From: Bacilli bacterium
GTDB taxonomy: Bacteria > Bacillota_I > Bacilli_A > RFN20 > CAG-826
Direction: 5' to 3'
DNA length: 35,584 bases
NCBI GenBank assembly: GCA_024698065.1
Contig: JAILRR010000064.1
Coordinates: forward strand, 1-35,584
The notes under the pieces were generated by a model. That model had not been told where the DNA came from and searched no databases. It saw only the letters and a program-made list of their open reading frames with translations. This document shows, one piece after another, positions 1 through 8,975 of the stretch. Position 1 is the stretch's first letter, and every line of letters begins with the position of its first letter. The translations under genes were made by a program, and so were the position numbers.

Positions 1-879
1 CTCAACAAGATCTGGAATGCCTGCCGTTATGTCGAAGGCGTGCTCGGTGAGGATTACACCCCAAGAGCCATCGACAAGAAGAGTTTAGGTGTCCTTGACG
101 CTGCGATCATCGATAAGCTCAATCGCACGATCAAGAGAGTCCGTACCGAAATGGACAAATACCACTTTGGTCAGGCCTCATCGATTCTTTATGACTTCGT
201 CTATGACGATTTCTGCTCCTCATATCTTGAGATGAGCAAGATCTCTTTGTCTTACGAGGGCAAGGAAGCCGATGTCGCCAAAGACGTTCTTTATACCGTC
301 ATGAAGGACATCATCCTCATGATTTATCCATACACTCCATTCGTCACCGAGGAGATGTATCTTTCTCTCCCGGGCCACAAGAAGAGCATCATGGAAGAGC
401 CATATCCTGAATACGACCGTCACCTCATCAACAAGAAAGCGGTTGAGAAAGTCGCTGTTCTCGAAGGCATGATCAAGGATATCCGTAACTACAAGTCCAC
501 GAATGGCATGGCACCTAACGCCAAAGTCAGACTCATCGTCTCGCCAGAGGAACCGTTCGCTGGTTCTGGCGAATACCTCAAGCGCTTTACCTTCGCTTCC
601 TCTTACGAAATCAAGAAAGATAGCCTTGGAGGTTCGAGCTTCCTTTACCCTGGCTACGAGCTCATGGTTGAGGAAGATGTCGATCCAACCATCCTCAAAG
701 AGAAACTCCTCAAAGAAAAAGAGACCCTCGAATTCGAAATCAGTCGTAGCGAGAAGATGCTTGGAAACCCAGGCTTCGTCAACAAGGCTCCGAAAGAGAA
801 AGTCGATCTTGAGAAAGCCAAACTTGAGAAAAACAAAGGAATTCTCGAATCGCTCAAAAACAAGCTGGCATCGTTATAA
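1..879 (+). CDS. valS: Valine--tRNA ligase, C-terminal part (5' truncated by window edge)
   Basis: Frame open from base 1 (LNKIWNACRY). Anticodon-binding domain motifs (DDFCSSYLE, PYTPFVTEE) and the ValRS C-terminal coiled coil (MLGNPGFVNKAP). Confidence 0.96.
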   Translation, partial: LNKIWNACRYVEGVLGEDYTPRAIDKKSLGVLDAAIIDKLNRTIKRVRTEMDKYHFGQASSILYDFVYDDFCSSYLEMSKISLSYEGKEADVAKDVLYTVMKDIILMIYPYTPFVTEEMYLSLPGHKKSIMEEPYPEYDRHLINKKAVEKVAVLEGMIKDIRNYKSTNGMAPNAKVRLIVSPEEPFAGSGEYLKRFTFASSYEIKKDSLGGSSFLYPGYELMVEEDVDPTILKEKLLKEKETLEFEISRSEKMLGNPGFVNKAPKEKVDLEKAKLEKNKGILESLKNKLASL

Positions 880-893
880 ATTAGCAATTGAAT

Positions 894-926
894 AACGCTC
901 TCAAATGAGGGCGTTTTTCTTTTTTT
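894..926 (+). terminator. Intrinsic terminator after valS
   Basis: AACGCTCTCA-AA-TGAGGGCGTT stem followed by TTTCTTTTTTT. Confidence 0.85.
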
Positions 927-977
927 CCCGAAAAACCGCTCGAATCCCTCTATATGAGAAGTGAGGAGGTAACATTC

Positions 978-1175
978 ATGAACGGAAGAGAACTCACACT
1001 TATCGAGAGGCAAAAGATTTGTCCGGGGGAGGCGATGGCTTTAACGGCTGTCATGGCTGTTTTGGCAATCAGCATTGTGGCGGTGGTCGTCTATCGACTT
1101 CTTAAGTCCTCAAAAGGCACCGCGAAAGTACCTGGCGGATGGTCCTTCACTTGGAACATTGGACGCTTAGCCTGA
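978..1175 (+). CDS. 65-aa small protein with double-glycine-like leader and one hydrophobic helix
   Basis: Strong SD GAGGAGGT 7 nt before ATG 978. Sequence MNGRELTLIERQKICPG-EAMALTAVMAVLAISIVAVVVYRLL...PGGWSFTW. Confidence 0.75.
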   Translation: MNGRELTLIERQKICPGEAMALTAVMAVLAISIVAVVVYRLLKSSKGTAKVPGGWSFTWNIGRLA

Positions 1176-1222
1176 TAAGAATCTTTTCAAAGAAACATCT
1201 TTTTACAATTGTTCGAAAATTC

Positions 1223-1251
1223 TTCACTTTTCCTATGTGTGCGTGTATGAT
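1223..1251 (+). promoter_or_regulatory. Sigma-A promoter of rplU operon
   Basis: TTCACT-17 bp-TATGAT. Confidence 0.7.
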
Positions 1252-1257
1252 AATCAC

Positions 1258-1341
1258 GTTGTCGCCCTCCATAGGGGCCTCAACCGCATTTCTACGGTAC
1301 CTAATTAATCACTTGTGATTAAACCGCACGGAGCGAGTCTT
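1258..1341 (+). promoter_or_regulatory. L21 leader-like cis-regulatory RNA
   Basis: Lies between the promoter and rplU. TCGC/CTCC pair with GGAGCGA, there is an internal CCG...CGGTACCT, and it ends GCGAGTCT as in Firmicute L21 leaders. Confidence 0.7.
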
Positions 1342-1363
1342 AAGCTAATAAGGAGGAACAAGC

Positions 1364-1672
1364 ATGTACGCCATTGTTGAAACTGGTGGTAAACAAATCA
1401 AAGTTGAAGTCGGCGATAAGATTTTCGTCGAGAAACTTGATGCCGAAGCCGGAAAAGACGTTACCCTTTCCAAAGTCCTCTTCATCGGCGGCGAAACCAA
1501 CAAGGTTGGCGATCCTTACGTCAAGGGTGCTTCCGTTGTTGCCAAAGTCGAGAAGCAGGGTTTAGGCAAGAAACTCGTCGTTTACCGTTACAAAGCCAAG
1601 GCTAACGTCCGTCGTAAACACGGCCATCGTCAGCCATTCACCTGTTTGGTTGTCAAAGCCATCAACGCCTAA
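1364..1672 (+). CDS. rplU: 50S ribosomal protein L21
   Basis: [11 protein letters not shown]...GHRQPFT; SD AAGGAGG. Confidence 0.98.
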   Translation: MYAIVETGGKQIKVEVGDKIFVEKLDAEAGKDVTLSKVLFIGGETNKVGDPYVKGASVVAKVEKQGLGKKLVVYRYKAKANVRRKHGHRQPFTCLVVKAINA

Positions 1673-1980
1673 TGATAAAAGCTACGTTCGTCTATTGTGA
1701 CAAAGACCTCAAATCCTTGACCGTCAAAGGACACGCCAATAGCGCGCCCTATGGCGAGGACTTAGTCTGTGCCGCCATCAGCGCGATCGTCCTCGGAGGC
1801 CTAAACGCCTTCACAGATGATGCGTCGCTATATGAGGCGAAAGTAGAGGAAGGCAATGTGACGCTACTTGTCAAAGGCAAGCAAAGCGTCCACGACCAGA
1901 TCGTTACTGAAACGATCGAATCCCAGATTAAAGATGTCGCTGCTTCATATCCGAAGCATGTGACTCTAGAAAGGAAGTAG
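1672..1980 (+). CDS. prp: Ribosomal-processing cysteine protease Prp (YsxB)
   Basis: Between rplU and rpmA; catalytic GHA...DLVCAAIS motif. Confidence 0.93.
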   Translation: MIKATFVYCDKDLKSLTVKGHANSAPYGEDLVCAAISAIVLGGLNAFTDDASLYEAKVEEGNVTLLVKGKQSVHDQIVTETIESQIKDVAASYPKHVTLERK

Positions 1981-1985
1981 GAAGA

Positions 1986-2267
1986 ATGAAATTCATCATT
2001 GATCTCCAATTATTCGCCTCCAAGAAAGGCGTTTCGAGCACCAAGAACGGCCGTGATTCCGCTGGCAGAAGACTTGGCGCTAAGGTCGGTGACGGTCAGC
2101 ACGTCCTTGCTGGCAACATCATCTATAGACAAAGAGGAACCCGTATCCATCCTGGCATCAACACCGCCAAAGGTGGAGACGATACCATCTATGCCCTTAT
2201 TGATGGCACCGTTAAGTTCGAGCGCGTTGGCAAGAAGGGAAAGAGAGTTTCCGTCTACGCCAACTAA
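1986..2267 (+). CDS. rpmA: 50S ribosomal protein L27 with Prp-cleaved N-terminal extension
   Basis: [10 protein letters not shown]|[15 protein letters not shown]...RQRGT. Confidence 0.98.
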   Translation: MKFIIDLQLFASKKGVSSTKNGRDSAGRRLGAKVGDGQHVLAGNIIYRQRGTRIHPGINTAKGGDDTIYALIDGTVKFERVGKKGKRVSVYAN

Positions 2268-2287
2268 TTCGGCCAAAACTGAACTTT

Positions 2288-2319
2288 AACGGGTCTTTCC
2301 ATAAGGCCCGTTTTTGTTT
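2288..2319 (+). terminator. Intrinsic terminator after rpmA
   Basis: AACGGGTCTT-TCCAT-AAGGCCCGTT followed by TTTGTTT. Confidence 0.85.
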
Positions 2320-2352
2320 CATTAAAACAAAAAATGCTATATTATAGACGCT

Positions 2353-3114
2353 ATGAAGATCAGCATCGTCATTCCATGCAAAAACCAGAGTGAGACCTGT
2401 TTCGAGAACATCGAGAAAATCGGTCTTTCGTATTTCGAATCCTTAGGGGTCGATTTCGAGTTTTTGGTTGTCCTTGATGGGAGCGATGACAAGAATGTGA
2501 GCCTTGCCGAGATGCTTATCGAAAGATTCGATGAGCACGTCAAGATTCTCCCTTGCGAGAACAAGTTTGGCAAAGGCCATAACGTCAAACACGGCTTCCT
2601 TGAGGCCGATGGTGATTACGTCCTTTTCATGGATGCCGATTTCGCGACCGACCTTCATATCATGGAAGACATACTTCCTCATATCGCCGAGCACGATGGC
2701 TTCATTGCCTCTAGACGCTGCAAAGGCGCGAAGATTGCTACCAAACAAACCCTCAAAAGACGTTTTGTCAGCTGGGTCAGCCGCATCATGATCAGAACCC
2801 GTTTCCACCTTGGATACAGCGAGACGCAGTGCGGTTTCAAGCTCTTCAGAAAAGACTTGGCCAAAGCTCTTGCAAAACACCAGATTATCGATGGTTTCGC
2901 TTTTGATGTCGAATATCTCTATTTCTGCCATCTCAATGGCTTTGACATCAAAGAGGTCCCTTGCGTTTGGAACGATGGCGAGAAGTCGACCATCAATAAT
3001 GCGACCAAAGCATCGATGGATTTCATCGGTGATATGAAACGCATCAAGAAGAATAAGAAGAATTACATCCTCTCTGTCGAAGAGAAGGAGTCATTAAAGA
3101 GGAAAGAGGCCTAA
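2353..3114 (+). CDS. GT2 glycosyltransferase, polyprenol-phosphate glycosyltransferase (ALG5/DPM1-like)
   Basis: SIVIP, LDGSDD, GKGHNV, FMDAD (DxD), ETQCGFKLF, FAFDVE. Confidence 0.88.
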   Translation: MKISIVIPCKNQSETCFENIEKIGLSYFESLGVDFEFLVVLDGSDDKNVSLAEMLIERFDEHVKILPCENKFGKGHNVKHGFLEADGDYVLFMDADFATDLHIMEDILPHIAEHDGFIASRRCKGAKIATKQTLKRRFVSWVSRIMIRTRFHLGYSETQCGFKLFRKDLAKALAKHQIIDGFAFDVEYLYFCHLNGFDIKEVPCVWNDGEKSTINNATKASMDFIGDMKRIKKNKKNYILSVEEKESLKRKEA

Positions 3115-3115
3115 T

Positions 3116-4393
3116 ATGCTTATCGACCGTTGCATAATCGAAGTCAGAAGCGGAAAAGGCGGCGACGGCTGCATCTCTTTCCTTCGTGACAAAAACACCG
3201 CGAAAGGCGGACCAGATGGAGGAAACGGCGGCCGTGGTGGCTCCGTCTATTTCCTTGGCAAAGCCAACTTAAACAACCTTTACAATTTCCGTCATTCCAG
3301 AACATTCATCGCCGCTGATGGCGAAAAAGGAATGAAGACGATGAGATATGGCCGTAACGCCGAAGACATCGTCATTGAAGTGCCAGTCGGAACGATAGTT
3401 ACCGAAGAGAGCACCGGACGTGTTTTAGCCGACATCAAAGAAGAAGGTCAGAAGGTCCTTGCCGCCAAAGGGGGACGCGGAGGAAGAGGCAACGCTTGCT
3501 TCAAATCTTCGAGACACAGAATCCCTCGCATTGCCGAAAACGGACATCCTGGCGAAAGAAAACGTCTCATCCTTGAACTCAAGCTTCTTGCGGATGCCGG
3601 ACTAATCGGTTTCCCAAGCGTTGGCAAATCGACTTTCCTCAATGTCGTTAGCAAGGCTAATGTCCCAACCGCGGATTACCCATTCACGACCTTGGTCCCT
3701 AATCTTGGCGTTTGCTATCTCAAAGACGGCAGGAGTTTTGTTCTTGCCGATATGCCAGGTCTCATCAAAGGCGCTCACGAAGGAAAAGGACTTGGTATCC
3801 AATTCCTCCGCCATATCGAAAGAACGAGAATCCTTATCCATCTTGTCTCTATGGCCGATAGCGAAAGAGATCCTTATGAGGACTATCTTGCCATCAACGA
3901 AGAACTCAAAGCCTATAACGCTTTCCTTGAAAAACGCCCGCAAATCGTCGTCGCATCTATGATGGATGCCGAAGGCGCGGAGGAGAGAAAGAAAGAATTC
4001 GACAAGAAACTCGGATTCGAATCGATTGCTTTATCTAGCCTTACCCATGAAGGCGTTGATGCCCTTCTCAAAAAAGCCATCGAACTCATTGAAACCACTC
4101 CAGAATTCCCAATCAAAGGAGTCAACGAGGCTACGAAGATGAAAGTCTATGATGCCCGCGAGATCGAAGGAAAATCCGATTATAAGATCCTTCGTGGCGA
4201 GAATGGCTGGATCATCAAAGGCGAAAAAGTCGAACGCGATGCCGCTCTTATCAACACGACAACCGATGAAGGCATCGTCCGTCTTATTCGCTATCTCGAT
4301 AATATCGGAGTCGAAGAAAGACTCGAAGAAGTCGGCGCCCAAGATGGTGACAAAGTTCAGATTGGCGATTTCGTCTTCGATTACACGACTTGA
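3116..4393 (+). CDS. obgE: GTPase ObgE/CgtA
   Basis: Gly-rich Obg fold (GGPDGGNGGRGG), G1 GFPSVGKS, G2 YPFTT, G3 DMPG, Firmicute C-terminal domain (GAQDGDKVQIGDFVF). Confidence 0.97.
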   Translation: MLIDRCIIEVRSGKGGDGCISFLRDKNTAKGGPDGGNGGRGGSVYFLGKANLNNLYNFRHSRTFIAADGEKGMKTMRYGRNAEDIVIEVPVGTIVTEESTGRVLADIKEEGQKVLAAKGGRGGRGNACFKSSRHRIPRIAENGHPGERKRLILELKLLADAGLIGFPSVGKSTFLNVVSKANVPTADYPFTTLVPNLGVCYLKDGRSFVLADMPGLIKGAHEGKGLGIQFLRHIERTRILIHLVSMADSERDPYEDYLAINEELKAYNAFLEKRPQIVVASMMDAEGAEERKKEFDKKLGFESIALSSLTHEGVDALLKKAIELIETTPEFPIKGVNEATKMKVYDAREIEGKSDYKILRGENGWIIKGEKVERDAALINTTTDEGIVRLIRYLDNIGVEERLEEVGAQDGDKVQIGDFVFDYTT

Positions 4394-4404
4394 TGTATCA
4401 AGTC
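4387..4404. repeat. Perfect 8-bp inverted repeat over the obgE stop and the next -35 region
   Basis: GACTTGAT-GT-ATCAAGTC. Confidence 0.6.
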
Positions 4405-4430
4405 ACCTAACTCTTTTGTATAATTAATCG

Positions 4431-4526
4431 ATGAAAGAAAACAAACTCCTGATTCCGATCCTCTCTTTAGTGGCGGTCGCCATCTGCTTTGGTCTTTTCT
4501 TTCTTTATATTGGGGTATACCGCTAA
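4431..4526 (+). CDS. 31-aa single-pass membrane peptide, leaderless, below ORF-track cutoff
   Basis: MKENKLLIPILSLVAVAICFGLFFLYIGVYR*. TATAAT (4419-4424) lies 6 nt before ATG; the stop is 2 nt before the ruvA ATG. Confidence 0.7.
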   Translation: MKENKLLIPILSLVAVAICFGLFFLYIGVYR

Positions 4527-4528
4527 AC

Positions 4529-5092
4529 ATGTATTACTCATTCACCGGAAAAGTCGTCAACATTGGCAAAGAGAGCATTGCTATTGCTTTGCCTAGTGGA
4601 ATCGCTTACGAGCTTTTGGTTGCCCGTACTTCAGATTTCGCTTACGAAGAAGAAACTACCGTTTATGTCCATGAGGTCTTTAATGAAAACGACCACTATC
4701 TCGTCGGTTTCAAAGACAAACTTGAGAAAGAGGCTTTCGAATCTCTCATCGAAGTCAAAGGCATTGGTCCTAAGACCGCTGTTGTTGCTTTAGGGGCGAC
4801 AAATCCTAACGACCTCATGAAGGCAATCGCCGCCAACAACACGACCTTCCTCAAAAAACTCCCTGGAATCGGCCCAAAAGCGGCTGCCCAAATCATCCTC
4901 GACCTCAAAGGCAGGCTTGCGGATATGGGCGGTGGTGCCAAAGCCAACCCTAATCAATATGACGAAGTCAGGGAAGGACTTAAGGCCCTTGGCTTCAAAG
5001 TCAAAGCCATCGATGATGCTCTCGCTTCCATCAATGAGCCAGGGCTTTCTAACGAAGAGGTTCTTCGTATGGCTCTTAAGAAACTCAAATAA
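4529..5092 (+). CDS. ruvA: Holliday junction branch migration protein RuvA
   Basis: HhH motifs VKGIGPKTA and [17 protein letters not shown]; upstream of ruvB. Confidence 0.96.
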   Translation: MYYSFTGKVVNIGKESIAIALPSGIAYELLVARTSDFAYEEETTVYVHEVFNENDHYLVGFKDKLEKEAFESLIEVKGIGPKTAVVALGATNPNDLMKAIAANNTTFLKKLPGIGPKAAAQIILDLKGRLADMGGGAKANPNQYDEVREGLKALGFKVKAIDDALASINEPGLSNEEVLRMALKKLK

Positions 5093-5094
5093 CC

Positions 5095-6123
5095 ATGAAA
5101 AAGACCGAAAACAAAGGATCAGAGCGACTTCTTGACGCAAGAAGAGAAAGCGGTGACAGTACCACCGACGTCACTTTGCGTCCGAAGGATCTCAAAGAAT
5201 ATGTAGGGCAAGACGCCCTTAAAAAGAACCTCGGTGTCTTTATCGGCGCCGCTAAGAAAAGAGAAGAATGCCTCGATCACGTTTTACTATATGGCCCGCC
5301 AGGCTTAGGCAAAACAACCTTGGCTTACGTCATTGCCAATGAAATGGGTGGAAACATCCGCGTCGTTAATGGACCTTCCATCGAAAAAAGCGGTGATTTG
5401 GCCGCCATTTTATGCGATTTAGAACCTGGCGATATCCTTTTCATCGATGAAATCCATAGGCTTCCTCGCCATATTGAAGAAGTCCTTTATGGGGCGATGG
5501 AGGATTTCCAGCTTTCGATCATGATCAATAGGGATGGCGCCGCAAAATCCCTCAATATGGCTTTGCCGCCATTCACGCTTGTTGGCGCGACTACGCGTGC
5601 TGGCGACCTATCTTCGCCTTTGCGTGCCCGTTTTGGCATCAGCGCGAAAATCGATTTCTATACTGTCGAAGAGATTGGCAAAATCATTGAAAGGACCTCT
5701 AAAGTCCTTGGAATGCCGATCGATAAAGATGCAGTGGAGCTTTTGGCGAAAAGAAGCCGTGGCACCCCGCGTATCGCCAACCGTATTTATAAGAGGGTAC
5801 GCGATTTTGCCTCCTTCGAAGGACTTAGCAAAATCGATGCCAACCTAGCAAATAGAGCCCTTGATGCCCTAAAAATCGATGACCTCGGTCTTGATGATGT
5901 CGATATCAAGTATCTCAGGGCCATCATCGACCGTTTCCAAGGCGGACCGGTTGGTTTAGAGAGCATCGCTTCCTCAATCGGCGAGGAAATCACAAACTTA
6001 GAAGACGTTTATGAGCCATACCTTTTGATGATTGGCCTTATCAATAGAACGCCTCGTGGCCGCGTAGCGACCACTAAGGCCTACGAACACCTGAAAATCG
6101 CCCACGAATGGTCGCTCTTTTGA
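5095..6123 (+). CDS. ruvB: Holliday junction branch migration helicase RuvB
   Basis: [12 protein letters not shown], Walker A GPPGLGKT, Walker [23 protein letters not shown]. Confidence 0.98.
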   Translation: MKKTENKGSERLLDARRESGDSTTDVTLRPKDLKEYVGQDALKKNLGVFIGAAKKREECLDHVLLYGPPGLGKTTLAYVIANEMGGNIRVVNGPSIEKSGDLAAILCDLEPGDILFIDEIHRLPRHIEEVLYGAMEDFQLSIMINRDGAAKSLNMALPPFTLVGATTRAGDLSSPLRARFGISAKIDFYTVEEIGKIIERTSKVLGMPIDKDAVELLAKRSRGTPRIANRIYKRVRDFASFEGLSKIDANLANRALDALKIDDLGLDDVDIKYLRAIIDRFQGGPVGLESIASSIGEEITNLEDVYEPYLLMIGLINRTPRGRVATTKAYEHLKIAHEWSLF

Positions 6124-6152
6124 GACTATTTGACTCAAAAGTGCTTTTTCTC

Positions 6153-6182
6153 TTGTGCGTACGCTCGCGTATGGGGTAGACT
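6153..6182 (+). promoter_or_regulatory. Putative promoter of secDF-recJ
   Basis: TTGTGC-18 bp-TAGACT upstream of SD GGAGG. Confidence 0.45.
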
Positions 6183-6236
6183 TATAAACGCTTGCTAAAC
6201 ACATTTTTTGTGCAGTGCAAAAGTTGGAGGATATTT

Positions 6237-8975
6237 ATGCGGAGAACATTAGGTTATTTGTTCCTTGGCGCCTCTTTGCTCATCGGAGTTGGTGCAACCA
6301 TCACCTCATCATTGAGCAAAATGGATACTGACGTTTCCTACGGAAGCGGTAAGGATTTATATTTCCGTATTTCTGAAAAGCAAACCACCCTTGATGGTGC
6401 TAGTGTTGCTACCTACGTTGAAAACGATAACTACAAAGCTGTCAACGAAGTCGCCAAAGAAATCGAGGATCGTCTCGAATTCTGGGATATCAATGCGACC
6501 GTTGCCAAAGAAGGTTTCAACACCGTTAAGGTCTCTGTCCGTACTCAGGGCAGCGACGAAGTCGAATACAACTACCTTCAGACTTACTTAGCTTATAGCG
6601 GACAGCACGTCACCGTCGAAGCCGGCACAACCGACGAAGATACCATGTCGGAAGCTCCTAACAGCATCGATTTCGCCGATAACGGCTTATTCGAAGAAGG
6701 AACTAACGCCGCGATTGAATACGTCAACACAGTTCCAGTCGTCACCGTTCCTGTCAAAGAAACGTTCCAGGGCGAGAATGGAAAGCTCAACGAGCTCATT
6801 AAGTTCTGCACCGAACACACCGTCAAAGAAGAACAAGATGAGGATGGTCACGTTACCACCCCAGGCAAATCCTGCCTCTTGGTTCTCTGGCATCATAAAC
6901 AAGAAGCCGACAGCTATGCTGCCGTTCAAGACCGTACCGCTGAGGACTATAGCCCAAATATGGCTTCCCGTCTTCTCTTCGGTGAGGATGCAAACAATGC
7001 TTGGTTCGTCGATCAGGCTGATGCTGATAACAACTTCAAGAAACTTCAGCTCATTCCATCGAGTGCCGCTATCAAAGACGGCAACTACGACCCAAACAAA
7101 GCTAATGCCGCTTACAAAGCCGCTAAGTTCTACCGCGATATTCTCAACGCCAAAGAATACAACTACGATGTCAACTTCGCTTACTCGACCATCGTAACCG
7201 CTGGCGTCGATCCTCTTACCGCCGCCGGTGATTGGCATCTTGCCATCAACTTCGGTCCAAGCGCCATCGCTTCCATCGTCGCTTTGGTCATCGGTGTCGC
7301 TCTCATCGCAGTTTTCTACCACATTGGTGCCGTTGCCATTCTTAGCAATGCCGCCGTCGCAGTGGAAGGTGCTATTCTCTTATTCGCTTACTTCAGTGCT
7401 CAATTCGGTATCGGCGCTCTTGCCGGTTTCGGACTTGGCGCGATCGTTACTGCCTTTGGTGGAATCTATTACTTCCACAAAGTCAAACAACAGCTTTATG
7501 AAGGACGTACCCTTAAGAAAGCCCATCAAGAAGCCGCTAAGAAGTCTCTTTGGCCAACCATCGATATCTCCGTTATCTCGATCATCATCGGTGTTTGCCT
7601 CTATGGCTTCGTCCATTCAACCATCGGCAACCTTGGCTTAGCTCTCACTTTGACATCTGCCTTTGGCCTTATCCTTAACATTATCCTTCTTCGCATCGAA
7701 GGGTGGCTCCTTGCTAACGATACTAACACCGAGAAACACCTCAAAGGTCTCTTGGGTGTCGATCCAGCCAAGGTTCCAAATGCCCTCAAAGATGAAAAGC
7801 AGACATATTATGGTGCTTTAGCCGATAAGGATTTCACCAAGCATAAGACTCCATTCATGATTGGCGCGCTCGCTCTTCTCATCGCCGCCATCGCTGGCGT
7901 TTCCGTGATGAGTGCGACAGTTGGCGCCTTCAATTACAGTGGCGCTTATGACAACACGACTTCCATCAACGTTGAATACTGGATCAACAAAGAATCCTAT
8001 TCAACCAAGAAACTCGCTGATAAGCAGCAGATGATGGATGACTTCCTTACCCTCATCCAATATGATGGCAAAACCATCGCTGATCTCACCTCCGAAGAAA
8101 ACATGACCCTTGAAACCAGAGAGGTCTACCTCAACGAAGATGAGACTACTTACACCGTTTACGATTTCGAGATCCCTCTCAGCGTTTACTTCGATGAGAT
8201 GGACACTTCCAAGACATTCACCGTCTCTGGAACCCAGTTTGAAAGACTCTCTGACGCCGTCAAAGAAGCCGTTACCACCTTCACCAGCGATAACAGCGTC
8301 TATGCCAGCGCCAACACCGTTTTCTACCAGGCTGGAACTCCAAACCTTGGTACCGTCTATCTCGGACTTGGCGTCGGTGTTGCTATCGCCTTTGTCTACC
8401 TTATCGCGAGGTTTGGCCTTGCCCGTGGCTTCATGGCTTCAGTCATTGCTCTTGGATCAAGCGTCTTGGTTGTCGGTTTCTTCGCTCTTACGAGAATCGC
8501 CGTCACTCCGCTTGCCTCAATTGGTGCGGCCATCGCTGCTTTAGCTGCCTTATATGCCGCTCTCTTCACCCTCAATAGAGCTAAAGAGATAGTCAAAGAC
8601 TCCCGTGAACGCGATAAGAGTGCTCTTGAATTCAAGAATCAGTGCCTTGTCAAAGCCAATGGCGAGGAAGCTTTGGAAATCATTATCTTCGCTTCGCTCA
8701 TCGCCGGCCTTTGCTTAGCCCTTGCCATCCTTGGACCACGCGAATACGCATTCATCTTCGTCGGTGGACTTATCGGTTTGGCCTTCGCTATCGTTTCAGT
8801 TCTCTTCATTCTTGTTCCAACAAGCAAATTCCTCAGCGTCTACATCAAGAAAGCGACCGATTCCGTTGCTGCTAGCCGCAAGAAAGCTCTCGAAGAGAGA
8901 CGTGCCAACGATAAGAACAACCATCGTAAGAGCAGTGAGCCAGAGGAAGCCATCTTCATCGGTATCAACGATTAA
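6237..8975 (+). CDS. secDF: Divergent fused SecDF-family membrane protein
   Basis: SD GGAGG before ATG 6237. Topology is TM1-large loop-5 TM-TM7-loop-5 TM, with KVKQQLYEGRTLKKA...PTID resembling the SecD TM4-5 linker. Synteny ruvB-secDF-recJ-relA as in Bacilli. Confidence 0.85.
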   Translation: MRRTLGYLFLGASLLIGVGATITSSLSKMDTDVSYGSGKDLYFRISEKQTTLDGASVATYVENDNYKAVNEVAKEIEDRLEFWDINATVAKEGFNTVKVSVRTQGSDEVEYNYLQTYLAYSGQHVTVEAGTTDEDTMSEAPNSIDFADNGLFEEGTNAAIEYVNTVPVVTVPVKETFQGENGKLNELIKFCTEHTVKEEQDEDGHVTTPGKSCLLVLWHHKQEADSYAAVQDRTAEDYSPNMASRLLFGEDANNAWFVDQADADNNFKKLQLIPSSAAIKDGNYDPNKANAAYKAAKFYRDILNAKEYNYDVNFAYSTIVTAGVDPLTAAGDWHLAINFGPSAIASIVALVIGVALIAVFYHIGAVAILSNAAVAVEGAILLFAYFSAQFGIGALAGFGLGAIVTAFGGIYYFHKVKQQLYEGRTLKKAHQEAAKKSLWPTIDISVISIIIGVCLYGFVHSTIGNLGLALTLTSAFGLILNIILLRIEGWLLANDTNTEKHLKGLLGVDPAKVPNALKDEKQTYYGALADKDFTKHKTPFMIGALALLIAAIAGVSVMSATVGAFNYSGAYDNTTSINVEYWINKESYSTKKLADKQQMMDDFLTLIQYDGKTIADLTSEENMTLETREVYLNEDETTYTVYDFEIPLSVYFDEMDTSKTFTVSGTQFERLSDAVKEAVTTFTSDNSVYASANTVFYQAGTPNLGTVYLGLGVGVAIAFVYLIARFGLARGFMASVIALGSSVLVVGFFALTRIAVTPLASIGAAIAALAALYAALFTLNRAKEIVKDSRERDKSALEFKNQCLVKANGEEALEIIIFASLIAGLCLALAILGPREYAFIFVGGLIGLAFAIVSVLFILVPTSKFLSVYIKKATDSVAASRKKALEERRANDKNNHRKSSEPEEAIFIGIND

